64,000 nucleotides of DNA from Octopus vulgaris (GCA_951406725.2 OX597833.1:5456001-5520000), one strand, 5' to 3'. Shown: positions 14,055 to 27,213, numbered from the stretch's first letter. Translations and numbers: made by a program. Notes: generated by a model from the letters alone, not told the origin.

Positions 14055-14140
14055 TTCCGACATATGTTTCGAAGAAGACATTGATAATATTCCGGAGGGA
14101 ATAAAATGATGTAAAACAATGCAATCATCTCGTCAGGGAA
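14055..14140 (-). ncRNA. Type I hammerhead ribozyme motif with intact core and long stem II
   Basis: Minus strand UUCC-CUGACGA-G...(long imperfect stem incl. GCAUUG/CAAUGU)...C-GAAA-CAUAUG-UC^GGAA. Stem I is UUCC/GGAA, stem III is the palindrome ACAUAUGU, and the cleavage triplet is GUC. Confidence 0.7.
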
Positions 14141-14356
14141 AAAAAAGAAAAACAAAACACATCAAAAAGGCATGATATATATATATATATATATATGCAC
14201 ATACATACATACACAGAAACATACGTACTCGCATACATGCATAACACATGCATACATACAGACAAGCATATATATACACACATACAAAAACATACACATG
14301 TATAAATACAGGTTTAGTACAAATGAGACATGTGTGTATGTATGTATGTTTGTACG

Positions 14357-14450
14357 TACGAGAGTGAGTCAAAAAGTAATGCCATTTCATTTAGGACAGG
14401 TATAATTACCAACACAGGAACATGTATCATACATCAAAATGAAGCTAGCT
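14357..14450 (+). mobile_element. mariner-type terminal fragment
   Basis: TA-CGAGAGTGAGTCAAAAAGTAATGC. A related end is seen in reverse at 25070-25099. Confidence 0.45.
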
Positions 14451-14668
14451 AGATAGATAGACATTCCGATAAATACAGAGTACATTTAAACACATAAGAG
14501 ACATCCATCATAGGATTCCTTGCATGCTAGAAAGAACAGAGTGGTGGTGGGAGGGAGGAAACACACGAATTATTGATAATTTTTTCTGGATAATTATAGA
14601 TAGATAAGCATAAATGTGGGTTCGTGTTCTACGGACAGTTCCACTTTTTCAATTCCAGAGAGTTTTTA

Positions 14669-15245
14669 GGTACTACTTAAAAAGAGTGGTCCCGGTGCGC
14701 GCACTCGCGTCGTCGCGCAGCCGCGCTAGCTAGTCATGACTAGTCGATCCTACAACGACTACCTAACAACGAAAGTAAAACACAAAATAAATAATTTTTT
14801 TACACAAAGTAAATAATTTTTTTAAAACAAAGTAAAATTTTACACAAAGTTAAACTACGTAAAAGTTACAAAATACATTTTTCTCAAAAAACTAATTGAA
14901 ATTAATGTTTTCTTTTGACACATTCTACCAGTATACGAAGTTTCAAATTATTTAGTTAAGTAGAAAATTCTGACCATCTTTTAGAAAAGATCCAATAATT
15001 TTTTTAAAACAAAGTAAAGTGTGTCTATAGCCAGCTGGAGGAGGTGTCCTCCTGGGGTTACAAACTACAGTAGCATCCACCCTTAGGGGTTAGCCATATT
15101 CAAATGGCAAATATACGTCACAAAGTAAATTTTTTTAAACAGTAAATAAAACAAAAATACAAAGGATGGACTAGTCACAACTAGCTAGCGCAGATGCGCG
15201 AGTACGCGAGTGCGCGCACCGGGACCACTCTTCTTGAGTAGTACC
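14669..15245. mobile_element. Mutator (MULE)-like MITE
   Basis: About 83-bp TIRs GGTACTACTTAAAAAGAGTGGTCCCGGTGCGCGCACTCGCGT.../...ACGCGAGTGCGCGCACCGGGACCACTCTTCTTGAGTAGTACC. 9-bp TSD GAGTTTTTA (14660-14668) / GGGTTTTTA (15246-15254). Confidence 0.8.
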
Positions 15246-15381
15246 GGGTTTTTAACCAAATATTTATGTATCATTACTTAGAGCTGTATCTGCTTCGAGA
15301 TACACCGTTCTCAAAAAGAACCATTTCTCTCGAAATTTGAGACTCTTATGACATTATCAGAATATACATATGGCATACTCT

Positions 15382-15676
15382 CTTTACTCTTTTACTTGTT
15401 TCAGTCATTTGACTGCGGCCATGCTGGAGCATCGCCTTTAGTCGAGCAACTCAACCCCGGGACTTATTCTTAAACACAGACACACAAACATATATATATA
15501 TATACATATATGCGACAGGCTTCTTTCAGTTTCCGTCTACCAAATCCACTCACAAGGCATTGGTCGGCCCGAGGCTATAGCAGAAGACACTTGCCCAAGA
15601 TGCCACGCAGTGGGACTGAACCCGGAACCTTGTGGTTGGTTAGCAAGCTACTTACCACACAGCCACTCCTGCGCCT
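15382..15676 (-). mobile_element. SINE family B with internal deletion
   Basis: Both ends are present; the central ~100 bp of the 3' half is missing. Confidence 0.8.
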
Positions 15677-16205
15677 TTGTATGCATATAATTTATTTATT
15701 AGATTATTATATATATATATATATTTACCAGTTTTCAACTCCCTCATAGCAGAACATTTTCAAGGTCCATGTCAAAGTATTGATACATGGGAATGTAAGT
15801 TTATACGCTTAATGGGAAAGGGGTCACACTAAACTTGACCCCTAAAAGGACAGCGTCGCTCACCTGACCCCCCTCCCTATCCACACCTCTCCCACCTGAA
15901 TTACCTACTGCGTGGTTTTGACACATTTCGTCCAAATGTGTTTCTCTTCTTCTTGTGTTCTTCAAGGCTGAGCTGTGCTGCCTCCCTCCCTCCCTCCCAC
16001 CACCACTCTTCATCTGTCGACTTCTGACAGATGGTCGTCACATCGCCCTCCCCCCCTCCGGCACCATCGATGCCGCCGCCGCCGCCTCAGCCCATGCCGC
16101 CGCCGCCTCAGCCCATGCCGCCGTCTTCATCTTCGCTTCCATGTACTGCCATCTTTCTTGTTCATTTACTACTGGATAACCGCAACCATATTACTGTACT
16201 ACTAC

Positions 16206-16249
<44 letters not shown>

Positions 16250-16327
16250 ACACACACTCTAACACACATACACACTAACACACACATACAAACACACACA
16301 CACTAACACACATACACACACAAACGC

Positions 16328-16370
<43 letters not shown>

Positions 16371-17818
16371 CTTACATACATAGACATACACACGTGGATA
16401 AACGCGCGCTTTTTTCCCCCTAATTATAGTTCTATGCATAAAAATCTGCTTATCTCTCTCACACACTCTCTTGATACACACACATACACACACACACTTA
16501 CACACATACATATGCACACATACATTATGCACACATGCATTATATATATATATATATATATTTATATTATATAGAGGGTACCTATATTCATAGATACCCT
16601 CTATATAATATAAATAAATATTTTTAAAGTGGAAAAATTTACGGATTTTTTCTCTTATGAGGTTTTTCACGCTAACTACTGATAATTTCTTATAAAGATT
16701 TTATCCTCAATTGTAAATATATATATATATGTATATAATTATAATTAAGGGTTAAATCTACTAGGTGAAATTGATTGATTTTATTAAATTAATTATATTC
16801 CACCCTTTATTGCATATATATATATATATATATACACGCACACACACACACACATATATGTATGTAACCGTATGTGTACACAAACACACGTATGTGTGTG
16901 TTATGCATGTATATATGGTTATGACTATAATTTGTCCCCTCCACGCTGATTCTCTTTCTTCGTAATTCTCTCGAAAATGCATATTTTTAAACGGAAATTT
17001 TGGCAGAGATTAACTTTCGGAAGGGATTTTCCTAACAATTTATGAACAAAAGCGCAGAAATGACTGAAGGTGTGTGTGTGTGTGTGTGTAGATGCGTTTT
17101 CTTCTTTATTCTTTTACTTGTTTCAGTCATTTGACTGTGGCCATGCTGGAGCACCACCTTTAGTCGAACGAATCGACCCCGGAACTTTGAGGAACCGCTA
17201 AGTTACGGGGACGTAAACATGCCAACATCGGTTACACACACACACACACATACGACGGGCTTCTTTCAGTTTTCTTTTGACGTAAACACGCCATCACCGG
17301 TTGTCAAGCGGTGATGGATGACAAACACGCACACACATACACGCACAAAAACTGACTGTCAAATTCTGGATGCATGGCGTTACTCAATAAATGAAAAATG
17401 CATTGAATAGTGTAAAACTCAAGGTAGGGTGTGCACAGAAGGACCTTAATTTTTCATCAGTTATCGACCGAAAAATATTAATACCCAGTTTTGTGTCTGA
17501 CAGGCTTCTTACAGTTTCCGCCTACCCAATAGATTCACGTTCGGCAAAGGCTGAACACTCCATATGTCGACTTCGACGTGAGAGTCAAATATCATCATCA
17601 TCATCTTCTTCATACACACACATACAGACGTGTAACCCATTAATAGTGATGAAACCCCTAATAAGGGACAATTTCACTGCTATCTCCATCACTTAAAAGC
17701 TTCTCCTTCCCTTTTGCTTCCCCCTCCCCTTCCACTACACTACTGACGTAGGGCTACACAGCAACAACAACAACAGCAACAACAACGACAACGATAGCAT
17801 TCCGAAGATCACCGCTGG

Positions 17819-18245
17819 CACCACCACCATCACCACCACCACCACCACCACCACCACCACCACCATCACCACCACCACCACCACCACCATCACCACCACC
17901 ACCATCACCACTACCACCACCATCACCACCACCACCACCACCACCACCACCACCACCACCACCACCACCACCACCACCACCATCACCATCACCACCACCA
18001 TCACCACTACCACCACCATCACCACCACCACCACCACCATCACCACCACCACCATCACCACTACCACCGCAAAGATCACTACCATGACTGCGGTCATCAC
18101 GACCATCATCATCATTACCACAATAAGGGTCACCAACACGCTGCCATCGCCATCACAATTGTCACCGTCACCAACACCCGCCACCACCACCCCAAACACC
18201 AGCAACACCAACGCCGCCGCCGCCACCCCCACCACCCCCACCGAC
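17819..18245. repeat. (CAC/CAT)n trinucleotide tract
   Basis: Direct reading. Confidence 0.9.
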
Positions 18246-18856
18246 CGTTAGTCTCTCTCTGTCCTCCCAGCCACATCTGTTTACTCCATTCTCACTGAAC
18301 CCAAATTAAACACTGCCCCCTGCCCCCCAAACCCCACCGACCCCATTCCACCTCACCCATCCCATCCCTGTTCTCCCCACAATTCCTTCCTCCTGCAGGA
18401 CAGCTACTGTCCTGCTGCTGGTCCTGTTGCGATGTCTGCCAGTCCACCCGTACACCCGTTCGCCATTTCACGTATCTGTTTCTAGAGATTACAGCTGATA
18501 TCGTGGGGCCTGTCATCAAGGCGCGAGTTCGATTCCCATTGCCGGGCATTTTGGGCAAATGGTCTTCTACCACAGCGTAGGGTCGACCAATAATCTTATG
18601 AGTGAAGTTGGTTGACGGAAACTTTGCAGAACCACGTCACACACACACACACGTCTTAGTTCGAGAACCCGCAAAACTAGTGGGTGAGTGGGAGGGAGGT
18701 ATCCTGAAACTAGAAATTTGGTCCGAATGCTTACAACAGAATGGAGGCTGTCCAAGATGCCCAGGGTAGCAGACCTTGGTGTTAAAACTGGGTGACGGCT
18801 TACATAGTGAATGAAGGCGCGTAGTTTAGAGGTTAAGGAATTCGGTTCAAGATCGT

Positions 18857-19690
18857 CCCCTGCAGGAGAGGCGAGAGGGTACGGCCTTGATGCGCCGAAC
18901 ATGGGATTCGAAACGGTACCGATAGGTTACGAAATCACTTGATCGTTAAGCGGCGCAGATACCATTGTGTATTGAGGTTCTGACAATGGGACCGAAAACT
19001 AGCTGCACTTAGGGTGACCATTACGTAGCGATGGTGATTCTGCCGAAAGTTTTAGACCAGTGGGGGCTCAACCGGGGTCCATGCCCTTGAGGGTCCATAT
19101 TAGATTTTGTTGTTAAAATTCCGGCAATAATTTGGTGATACTAATACAATACATAATATATTCTAATTTCTTTTATACAATTGCGAATAATGACGTTCCA
19201 CTAACAGAATTATTAAAGAAATTAATAGTTCGACGCACCAGTTTAAAACATTTGCCATTATTCATCTAAATTTACAGCAGCCAGATTCTATAACCACCCG
19301 CTCTCGGTGATCGGCTGGGGATCGCCTAAGCCTGTGCGCTCTTAAAAATACAATAGACACAAGCGCTAACCTGTTTGTGAGCAACCTTGCTAAAATCTTA
19401 AACTCTGCCTTTATCAATGGTAGTCGCCTTGTTGGCGTCCTTTCTCAGCAGGACCACCACTCCTAGATTAATACAACTGAGAATGCTTGCAGTAGCTCAC
19501 CCTGTTGTAAGAGACAGCTGCCGAGACCGTGGTGAACAAGTCTGGTGGGTAACTGAAAAGCTTACAGGGAAGACTACCCAAGCCTGGTGATTTGTTCGTT
19601 GCATACCTGTTCGTCCCACCGTCATAGCTCAGTTGTCCTCAGCGGGTTTCTGCGGCGTTCCACTTCATGTAGTGAGAACGGCTACAAACT
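18857..19690 (-). pseudogene. Highly decayed L1/Tx1-clade reverse transcriptase fragment
   Basis: Manual minus-strand translation gives, in order: NKSPGLGSLP (cf. KSPGxDGLP), GVVVLLRKDANK, AEFKILARLLTNRL, AIPSRS, VNLD, SKTFGRI (cf. SKAFDRV) and HQGRTLSPLL (cf. RQGCPLSPLL). It has many stops and frameshifts, and an unrelated insert at about 19057-19255. Confidence 0.75.
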
Positions 19691-19715
19691 GTCGGCGTAA
19701 GTTATACTGTTCCCA

Positions 19716-20062
19716 GCCGGCGAGCTGGTAGAATCGTTAGCACGCCGGGCGAAATGCGTAGCCGTATTTCGTCCGCCGCTGCGTTCTGAGTTCAAATTCC
19801 ACCGAGGTCGACTTTGCCTTGCATCCTTTCGAGGTCGATAAAATAAGTACCAGTTACGCACTAGGGTCGATGTAATCCACTTAATCCCTTTGTCCTTGTT
19901 TGTCCTCTCTGTGTTTAGCCCCTTGTGGGTAATAAAGAAATGTATAATGTTCCCAGTCTTCGCTCTGAGATGGAAGAGCGATATTTGTCTCGATTCTCTA
20001 CATTCCGAGTTCAAATCCCTCCAAGATCAATTTTGAATTTTTTCCTTTCAGGGTCGATAAAA
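19716..20062 (+). mobile_element. SINE family A, full head plus degenerate extra unit
   Basis: GCCGGCGAGCTGGTAGAATCGTTAGC...GGTCGATAAAATAAGTACCAG...AATAAAGAAA. Confidence 0.85.
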
Positions 20063-20164
20063 AGTTTCAATCCAAGGTGTGGTGGATTTGTATAAGTGCG
20101 AGGCATGTCACATTGGATGCTTTGCAGTATTTATTCTGGCTATTTTTTTTTTTGTGTGTGTGTT

Positions 20165-20440
20165 CTGACTCAGTTTACTCATGAAATCAACGTGCAAGTG
20201 GCTGAGTACTCCACAGACACACGTACCCTTAACGGAGATCTGAGAGAGATTCAGCGTGACACAGAATGTGACAAGGTCGGCCCTTTCAATTACAGGTACC
20301 ACTCATTTCTTCAAGCTGAGTGAACTAGAGCAACGTGAAATAAAGTGTCTTGCTCAAGGATACAACGCGTCGCCAGGAATCGAACTCACGACTTTACGAT
20401 CTTGAACCGAATTCCTTAACCTCTAAACTACGCGCCTTCA
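20165..20440 (-). mobile_element. SINE family C
   Basis: Reverse complement has the head TGAAGGCGCGTAGTTTAGAGGTTAAGG..GAGTTCGATTCC and TCCTTGAGCAAGACACTT..CACTCAGC. Confidence 0.8.
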
Positions 20441-20639
20441 TTCACTATGTAAGCCGTCACCCAGTTTTAACACCAAGGTCTGCTACCCTGGGCATCTTGG
20501 ACAGCCTCCATTCTGTTGTAAGCATTCGGACCAAATTTCTAGTTTCAGGATACCTCCATCCCACTCACCCCCTATTCTTGCGGGTTCTGTAGAGGGTTAG
20601 GGGCATTACCTTCCCTTCTGACTATATAATAAGAATTCT

Positions 20640-20905
20640 TTCCACTACAGAAATTATGTTCGTGTCGTATCTCAACACTACAACAGAACTATTTCACCTC
20701 AACTGCCCTTGCTCTGTGCCAGCTGACGTAAAGGAGGAAAGTGATTTTACGGCATTCAAACGGCCCCTCCAACAAATACCAGACTAACCACCCACACTCT
20801 GCTCGAATGGGCTATGGTGCCCAAGAGCTGACTGTGTATGTCTTCTAGGTGGTGCTACTAAATAAAATAAGGCCTGGGCCAACGTCGACCGAAACTTATC
20901 TGAGT
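20640..20905 (+). mobile_element. CR1-like LINE 3' end relic
   Basis: Decayed NYFTSTA..., VKEESDFTAFKR, LQQIPD*PPT and LLEWA, followed by a short 3' UTR. These resemble CR1-group ORF2 C-termini (from recall). Confidence 0.45.
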
Positions 20906-21413
20906 AAAAACTATAGGCACAAAAAAAAAAATTGCACACATTTTTCTAGAATCCACTAAAAAATACGGCGACTTAGCAATTTAATTAACAATATTAATTA
21001 ATAACCGTTAAGGAATCTCATAATCCAATTTGAAATTGGCGGTAGTAGTAGTGGCAGGGGTCAATTTTAGTATAACTAAATATGAACCCCTACTACTTCT
21101 CGACGTTATAGGTCATTACTCAATATAAACTGATCCCTCATTTCGTTAGCATTTACTTCAGATTTCAAAGTGAGCCAAAAGGAAAATACAAATGATTAGA
21201 TAAATACCAGGCAATACATAAGGTGTAGGAGAACGGGCGTGGCCGTGTGCAATTGGTTTTGGGTTCAGTTCTAGCGCGTGGCACCTTGGGTAAGTGTTTG
21301 CTGCCATAGCCCCGGGACCGACGAATGCCTTGGGAGCGAATTTGGTAAATGGAGACTGTGTGGAAGTCTGTCGCGGCTGTCCGCTGGATTAAGATCAGTT
21401 TGTAAATTCAAAT

Positions 21414-21666
21414 GGAGGCGCGTGTCTTAGTGGTTAGGGTGTCAGCATCATGATCGTAAGATTGTGGTTTCGATTCCTGGACCGGGCGAAGCGTTGAGTT
21501 CTTGAGCAAAACACTTCATTTCACGTTGTTTCAGTCCACTCAGCTGGCAAAAATGAGTAACGCTGTGATGGACTGGCGTCCCGTCCAGCTGGGGGGAACA
21601 CATACGTCATAGAAGCCGGAAAACTGGACCCACGAGCCTGGCTAGGCTTTAAAAGGGCGCATTTAT
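21414..21666 (+). mobile_element. SINE family C, full length
   Basis: GGAGGCGCGTGTCTTAGTGGTTAGGG...GGTTTCGATTCC...TTCTTGAGCAAAACACTT...CCACTCAGCTGGC. Confidence 0.8.
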
Positions 21667-21765
21667 TATTCATTATTGTAAATCCAAACGTCACAAACAT
21701 CAATCCACTATTAATTGGTTTTCTACTAGCACAACCACCTATACTACTACTACTACTACTACTAT

Positions 21766-21851
<86 letters not shown>

Positions 21852-22091
21852 CTGCTGCTGCTGCTACATTATCATCGATATAAAATCCTCGCCTTTATGG
21901 ACCCGATTTGACCTCGGTTCGCTTTGGTTGAAGGTTCTGATGCTTCGCCCCCAAGAGACCTAAATATGTCTTATCTCTCATCATTTACTATCTCTTTTTC
22001 CCTCCTTCTTTCTGTCTCTTTCTTTCTCCCTCCCCTTCTCTCTTGCCAGAAGTACCTTCCTCCTCCCACCACACTCTGTGTGTGTGTGTGT

Positions 22092-22146
<55 letters not shown>

Positions 22147-23933
22147 AACGGTTTTTGTTTTCGCTACCGAAGATCAAAGACTTAAAATATCAGATGCGAG
22201 AAAAGGATCTGAGACTTGCTTTAAAATGACTGACCCCTTTTAGGGTTCCCCCATCTCTCTCTCTCTCTCTCACTCTCTCACTCTTTATATATATATATAT
22301 ATATATTCACAACATATACATATAAATGCTATATATATTTATATATATAATATGTATGTGTGAATATGTGTATGTATATAGTATGTATAATGTGTGTGTT
22401 TAAACATTAATTTACTTGTATACGTGTGTGTCTATATATGCATACATATGCATACCCTTTTCTATGTTAATAACAGATACACGTCCCCGGGTTCTTTCGT
22501 TTGTTTTATCAATCAGAGTCAAGACCAAGCTGGAGCACCATACGTTACTGAGTACATCACCGGTTGGATTAGTCATCTGTATTCATACCATTGAGCCATT
22601 TGGGTTATTTCCCTTGCTTAATTTTATTTATAAATTCTGCAGATTTCTGTTGGCTAAAAGTCTTCGTTAACTGCCACCCTCTTTAAACAAACAACAGAAA
22701 AAAAAAACTTTAGCAATCCAATTAAAGAGGGAAATTTCAATTAAGATTAATTAGCATATGTCATGGAGCTAAACCGTGTTATTCACTAACATGTTTACCA
22801 ATATTGCGGAAAGCCAGCCGAGCTGAATAAAAACTCGGTATGCGCAACTGAAGCGGCGTTAGGCGCAGGTGTAACTGTGTGGTAAGAAGCTTGTTTCCCA
22901 ACCACATGGTTCAGGGTTCAGTCACACTGCATGGCCGCAATAAAATGATTGAAACACAAGAATAACAGGGTGCGGCAAAAAAAACAAAACAAAAAAAACC
23001 CCAAAGCCTCTTCCCTTTCACCGTCCTTGACAAAAGTTTCAAGAACAAACATACACCAGTTCATAACATGCTGATAACAGATATAAAAACGGTAAAGCAC
23101 CAGCTATCAGAAGATAACATTATCTCTTGTCCAACTTTACAAGTATCACGTTAAAAGCTGCGTAAAACATGGGAGATTTTTCTACCGCAACTCGTATCGT
23201 TGAAGCCGAGACCAGTCGCGTTCGGACTGGTATCCAAGAATTAAAAGCTCACAGTGGGGGTTGTTAATCTATCTTTAAACCCCTTGTCTTCATACAAACC
23301 TCATGGCTACGAAATTTAGCCAACTGATGCCAGTGTCAAATGATGTGTAACAAAAGCCATGCATGGAATCAAAATAGAACAGTAGCAGAGATGGTGATGG
23401 AGGTGGTGGGAAGAAAGGGAATGGACATGCTGTTTTTGTGACACCAGAGTGGAGGTGTCAAAATAAAAGGTCATAAGGTCAAGCAAGCTAGAAGCTTCCT
23501 CGGTCATGTCCAGCTGCTAAAACCACCGCGAGAAGAAACCAGACTCCAAAATTCTGGTGAATGGAAACTCTTGAGAAAGGGCATCCTTCCACCACATGAG
23601 AATTCCTCCGTCTCCATCACCTGCTAAAGGATGCCCAGAAGCATCTCGGATTCTGTAGAAGACACTCAACCGTGTCGGAACGAGGAGGTGGTTACTTTGG
23701 TCAGATGGGGTTACAAGACCGGTCCAGCCACCGGTGAATATGGAGAAACAGACCCCGATATTATGTAGCTCTGCCTTGTCTGCTCTTTGCTATCAAACCT
23801 TTTGGTCAGATGGGGCTACAAGATTGACCCAACCACCTGCCAATGAGAAAGAGCAGACCATACTGGAGCACTACCTTGTCTGCCTTCTACTACTCTCAGT
23901 TCCTGCACCTAAAAAGACATTGCAGATCTCAAT

Positions 23934-24330
23934 TGGCAGAAACGTTAGCGCGCCGGGCGAAATGCTTAGCGGTATTTCGTCTCCGTTACGTTGTGAGTTC
24001 AAATTCCGCCGAGGTCGACTTTGCCTTTCATCCTTTCGGGGTCGATAAATTAAGTACCAGTTACGCACTGGGGTCGATGTAATCGACTTAATACCTATGT
24101 CTGTCCTTGTTTGTACCCTCTGTGTTTAGCCCCTTGTGGGTAATAAAGAAATATGTATTTCGTCTGTCGTTACGTTTTGAGTTCAAATTCCGCCGAGGTC
24201 GGCTTTGCCTTTCATCCTTTCGAGGTCGATAAATTAAGTACCAGTGACGCACTGTGTTCGATATAATCGACTTGATCTGTTTGTCTGTCCTAGTTTGTCC
24301 CCTCTAGCCCCTTGTGGGCAATAAAGAAAA
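23934..24330 (+). mobile_element. SINE family A, tandem dimer
   Basis: Head followed by two consecutive GTATTTCGTC...AATAAAGAAA units. Confidence 0.85.
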
Positions 24331-24826
24331 AAAATGCAAAGAAATGTGGAAAATGCTATTTAACTATTACATTTCGAAGAATGGAAAGAAGGGCTCGGAG
24401 ATGACTAAGTATAATAGAGGAAAGAAGTAATGGATCTCCGTCACTGTCGACAAAGAATATTCTGGCTGAGTATCCCGCAGACACATAATCTTAATGTTAT
24501 TTTGAGGTCGAATCAACTTGACAGTGCATAAGATTGGGCCCTTAAATAACTGATGGTCGCAATTACAAATTCCGGCATTCGATTTTACTCCATTCCATGT
24601 TGGAGGACAAATGTCTTTTACCTACAGCGTTGGGACGATCCCAGCCTCGTGAGTGAAATTCGGTTGACGGAAACTGTACCGAAGCCTCATTTCATCCACA
24701 AGCATTGTGTTCTCACATATGTTGCTATTATTTGTAGGACAATGTTCACAAGTAAGTACAGACGTGTGTGTGTGTGTGTGTTGTAACTATTGCGTGATAT
24801 CCAGGTAGAGGTACAAATTCACAAAC

Positions 24827-24882
<56 letters not shown>

Positions 24883-25194
24883 ATATGTATGTATATATAT
24901 GCATGTAGACATATATATATGTAGAAGGAGATTCCTTCAGTTTCCATCTAAAGAAAATCCACCCACAAGGCTTTGGTCCGCCTGGGTCTGTCCATGCTGG
25001 AAAATACTTGCCCAAGGTGTTACGCATGCGCAGTCTGAATAACCTGTCAATAAATAATGTTATGTGAACTTATGCATTACTTTCTGTGCAACCCTCGTAC
25101 ATATAGACAGACACACACACACACACACACACATATACGTACGTACATACATACATACATACATACTACAAACATACATAATACAAACATACAA

Positions 25195-25262
<68 letters not shown>

Positions 25263-25297
25263 TTCGTCCTTCGGGTTCGATGATGACCATTGACATG

Positions 25298-25339
<42 letters not shown>

Positions 25340-25909
25340 ACAACCATACAAATATACATACATACATGCATACATAAACATACATACATTCATACATACA
25401 TACAATACATACAGACATACATACATACATACATACATACATACATACATACATACAAATGTACATACATACACGCATACATACACACATGCATACTCTC
25501 TCATGCTGCTCTCTCACTCAATAATTACATACATACACACATACATGCCTCCATAAATACATACATGTACAACAAACGTACACACACATACAAACATTCG
25601 TGCATACATACACACCTGCCTACACACACTCACCACACACATACACACATATATATATATATGCATACACAACCAAGCATGCTTAAGATATGGACATTTT
25701 AAAATTCCTGTAATCACTGGACTGTACCAATTACGGTATAGGTGGCGCTGGTGTGGATACGTTTACAGGGGTGAGGGTGGGGTGGGTACCGAAATCACGT
25801 AATTAGTCAGTGTCAACATTACTGCCCCCACCCGTCACAATCCCCTCGTCCCTACAATCCACCCGAAATAAATATTTAAAACTATTTTCTCTCATGTTGT
25901 TGTGTTCAG

Positions 25910-25992
25910 GGGTCAAAGCACAGCCCGATTTAAATTCATGGCTAGATGACCGGTCCTTCGTCACCTACGACGACGAGCACTTAGTTGTTTGA
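25910..25992 (+). CDS. Candidate terminal coding exon (xVKAQPDLNSWLDDRSFVTYDDEHLVV*), phase 1
   Basis: Acceptor-like TTTTCTCTCATGTTGTTGTGTTCAG| followed by unique sequence open to TGA. Phase is compatible with the donor at 8687. Confidence 0.2.
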
Positions 25993-26228
25993 CTAACTAA
26001 ATTACTTACTCATTGAATAAGCATATAAATGGCTGTGTATACCACAGACTCACATGTGTTTTTAACGTAGTTTTCTGAAGCAGAATCAACGTGACGCAGT
26101 GTGCAACTTTTGAGTTATAGTAAAATCTATCGGACGTGATTCCGTACAGTTTCCATCTGTCTGATTTTACTCACAAGGTGTTGGTCGACCTGAGGTTGTA
26201 GAAAGTTATATTTACCCCAAATCCATCC

Positions 26229-26290
<62 letters not shown>

Positions 26291-26299
26291 ATGTATATT

Positions 26300-26743
26300 G
26301 GTTTCAGTCATTTTACTGCGGCCATGCTGGAGCACCGTCTTTAGTTGAACAAATCGACCCCAGAGCTTATTCTTTGTAAGCCAAGTTCTTATTCTATCGG
26401 GTCCTTTTGCCGAACCGCTATGTTACGAGGACGTAAACACATCAACATCAGTTGTCAAGCGATGGTGGGGGGAAATCACAGATACACAAACATACGTACA
26501 TATGATGGCTGCCCCCTCGTTATCCAGTATGGCCATTGCACGAAGCTTAGCTGTTATTGGTGCTGTGATAGAATGTGACTTTTTAGCCCAGCTAAAGATA
26601 TACAATGTCTTGTACAAATTGACAACTAAAACCTTTTCCGGTAATATATATATACGACGGGCTTCTTTCAGTTTCCGTCTAACAAATCTACTCAGAAGGC
26701 TTTGGTCGTTCCAAGGGTATAGTAGAAGACACTTGCCCAAGGT
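26300..26743 (-). mobile_element. SINE family B carrying a ~140-bp foreign insert
   Basis: Consensus match either side of unique sequence at 26504-26645. Confidence 0.75.
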
Positions 26744-27213
26744 GTATATTGTATTATATTTTTTGCAATGACTTTAATATGAAAATGGGGTGACCTCCGC
26801 ACGGTCATTGTTATTTTAGTAAATCGGGGCCAAACCTCTCATGTAACAGTTCCATATTGTGTAACTTGCATATTTCGTATAACGCTGAAATGTTTCGTAT
26901 AACGCTAAAATGTTTCGTGTAACGCTGAAATATTTAGTGTTAAGCTAGAAATATACGAAGGATGAATATTGTTAGGAATATCTCCCATAGCACAGGGGTC
27001 TGCTACGTTGAAGAAATATCCTGTTGCTGTCAGTAAAATATCTAGTTTGATGGGTGTATATATTGTGTGGAGGTGACAGAACTACGGATAGCATGCGATA
27101 AAAAACTTACTGCCTTTTATCTGACTATTAAACTCTGGTTAGCTTGTTGTTTTATTGTCTACACTGCCACTCTGGTATTTCACACTTTTATTCCACCACG
27201 CCGCCACAAAACG

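Noticed and set aside
16031-16306. Proline-rich ORF MVVTSPSPPPAPSMPPPPPQPMPPPPQPM
   Set aside because: It derives from a GCC-rich 21-bp duplication and runs into (CA)n; no convincing exon boundaries.
26872-26960. 20-bp tandem repeat with TTCGTATA...TATACGAAG, resembling loxP arms or a mini-CRISPR
   Set aside because: Contiguous minisatellite without spacers. The loxP 13-8-13 geometry is absent and no recombinase or cas genes are present.
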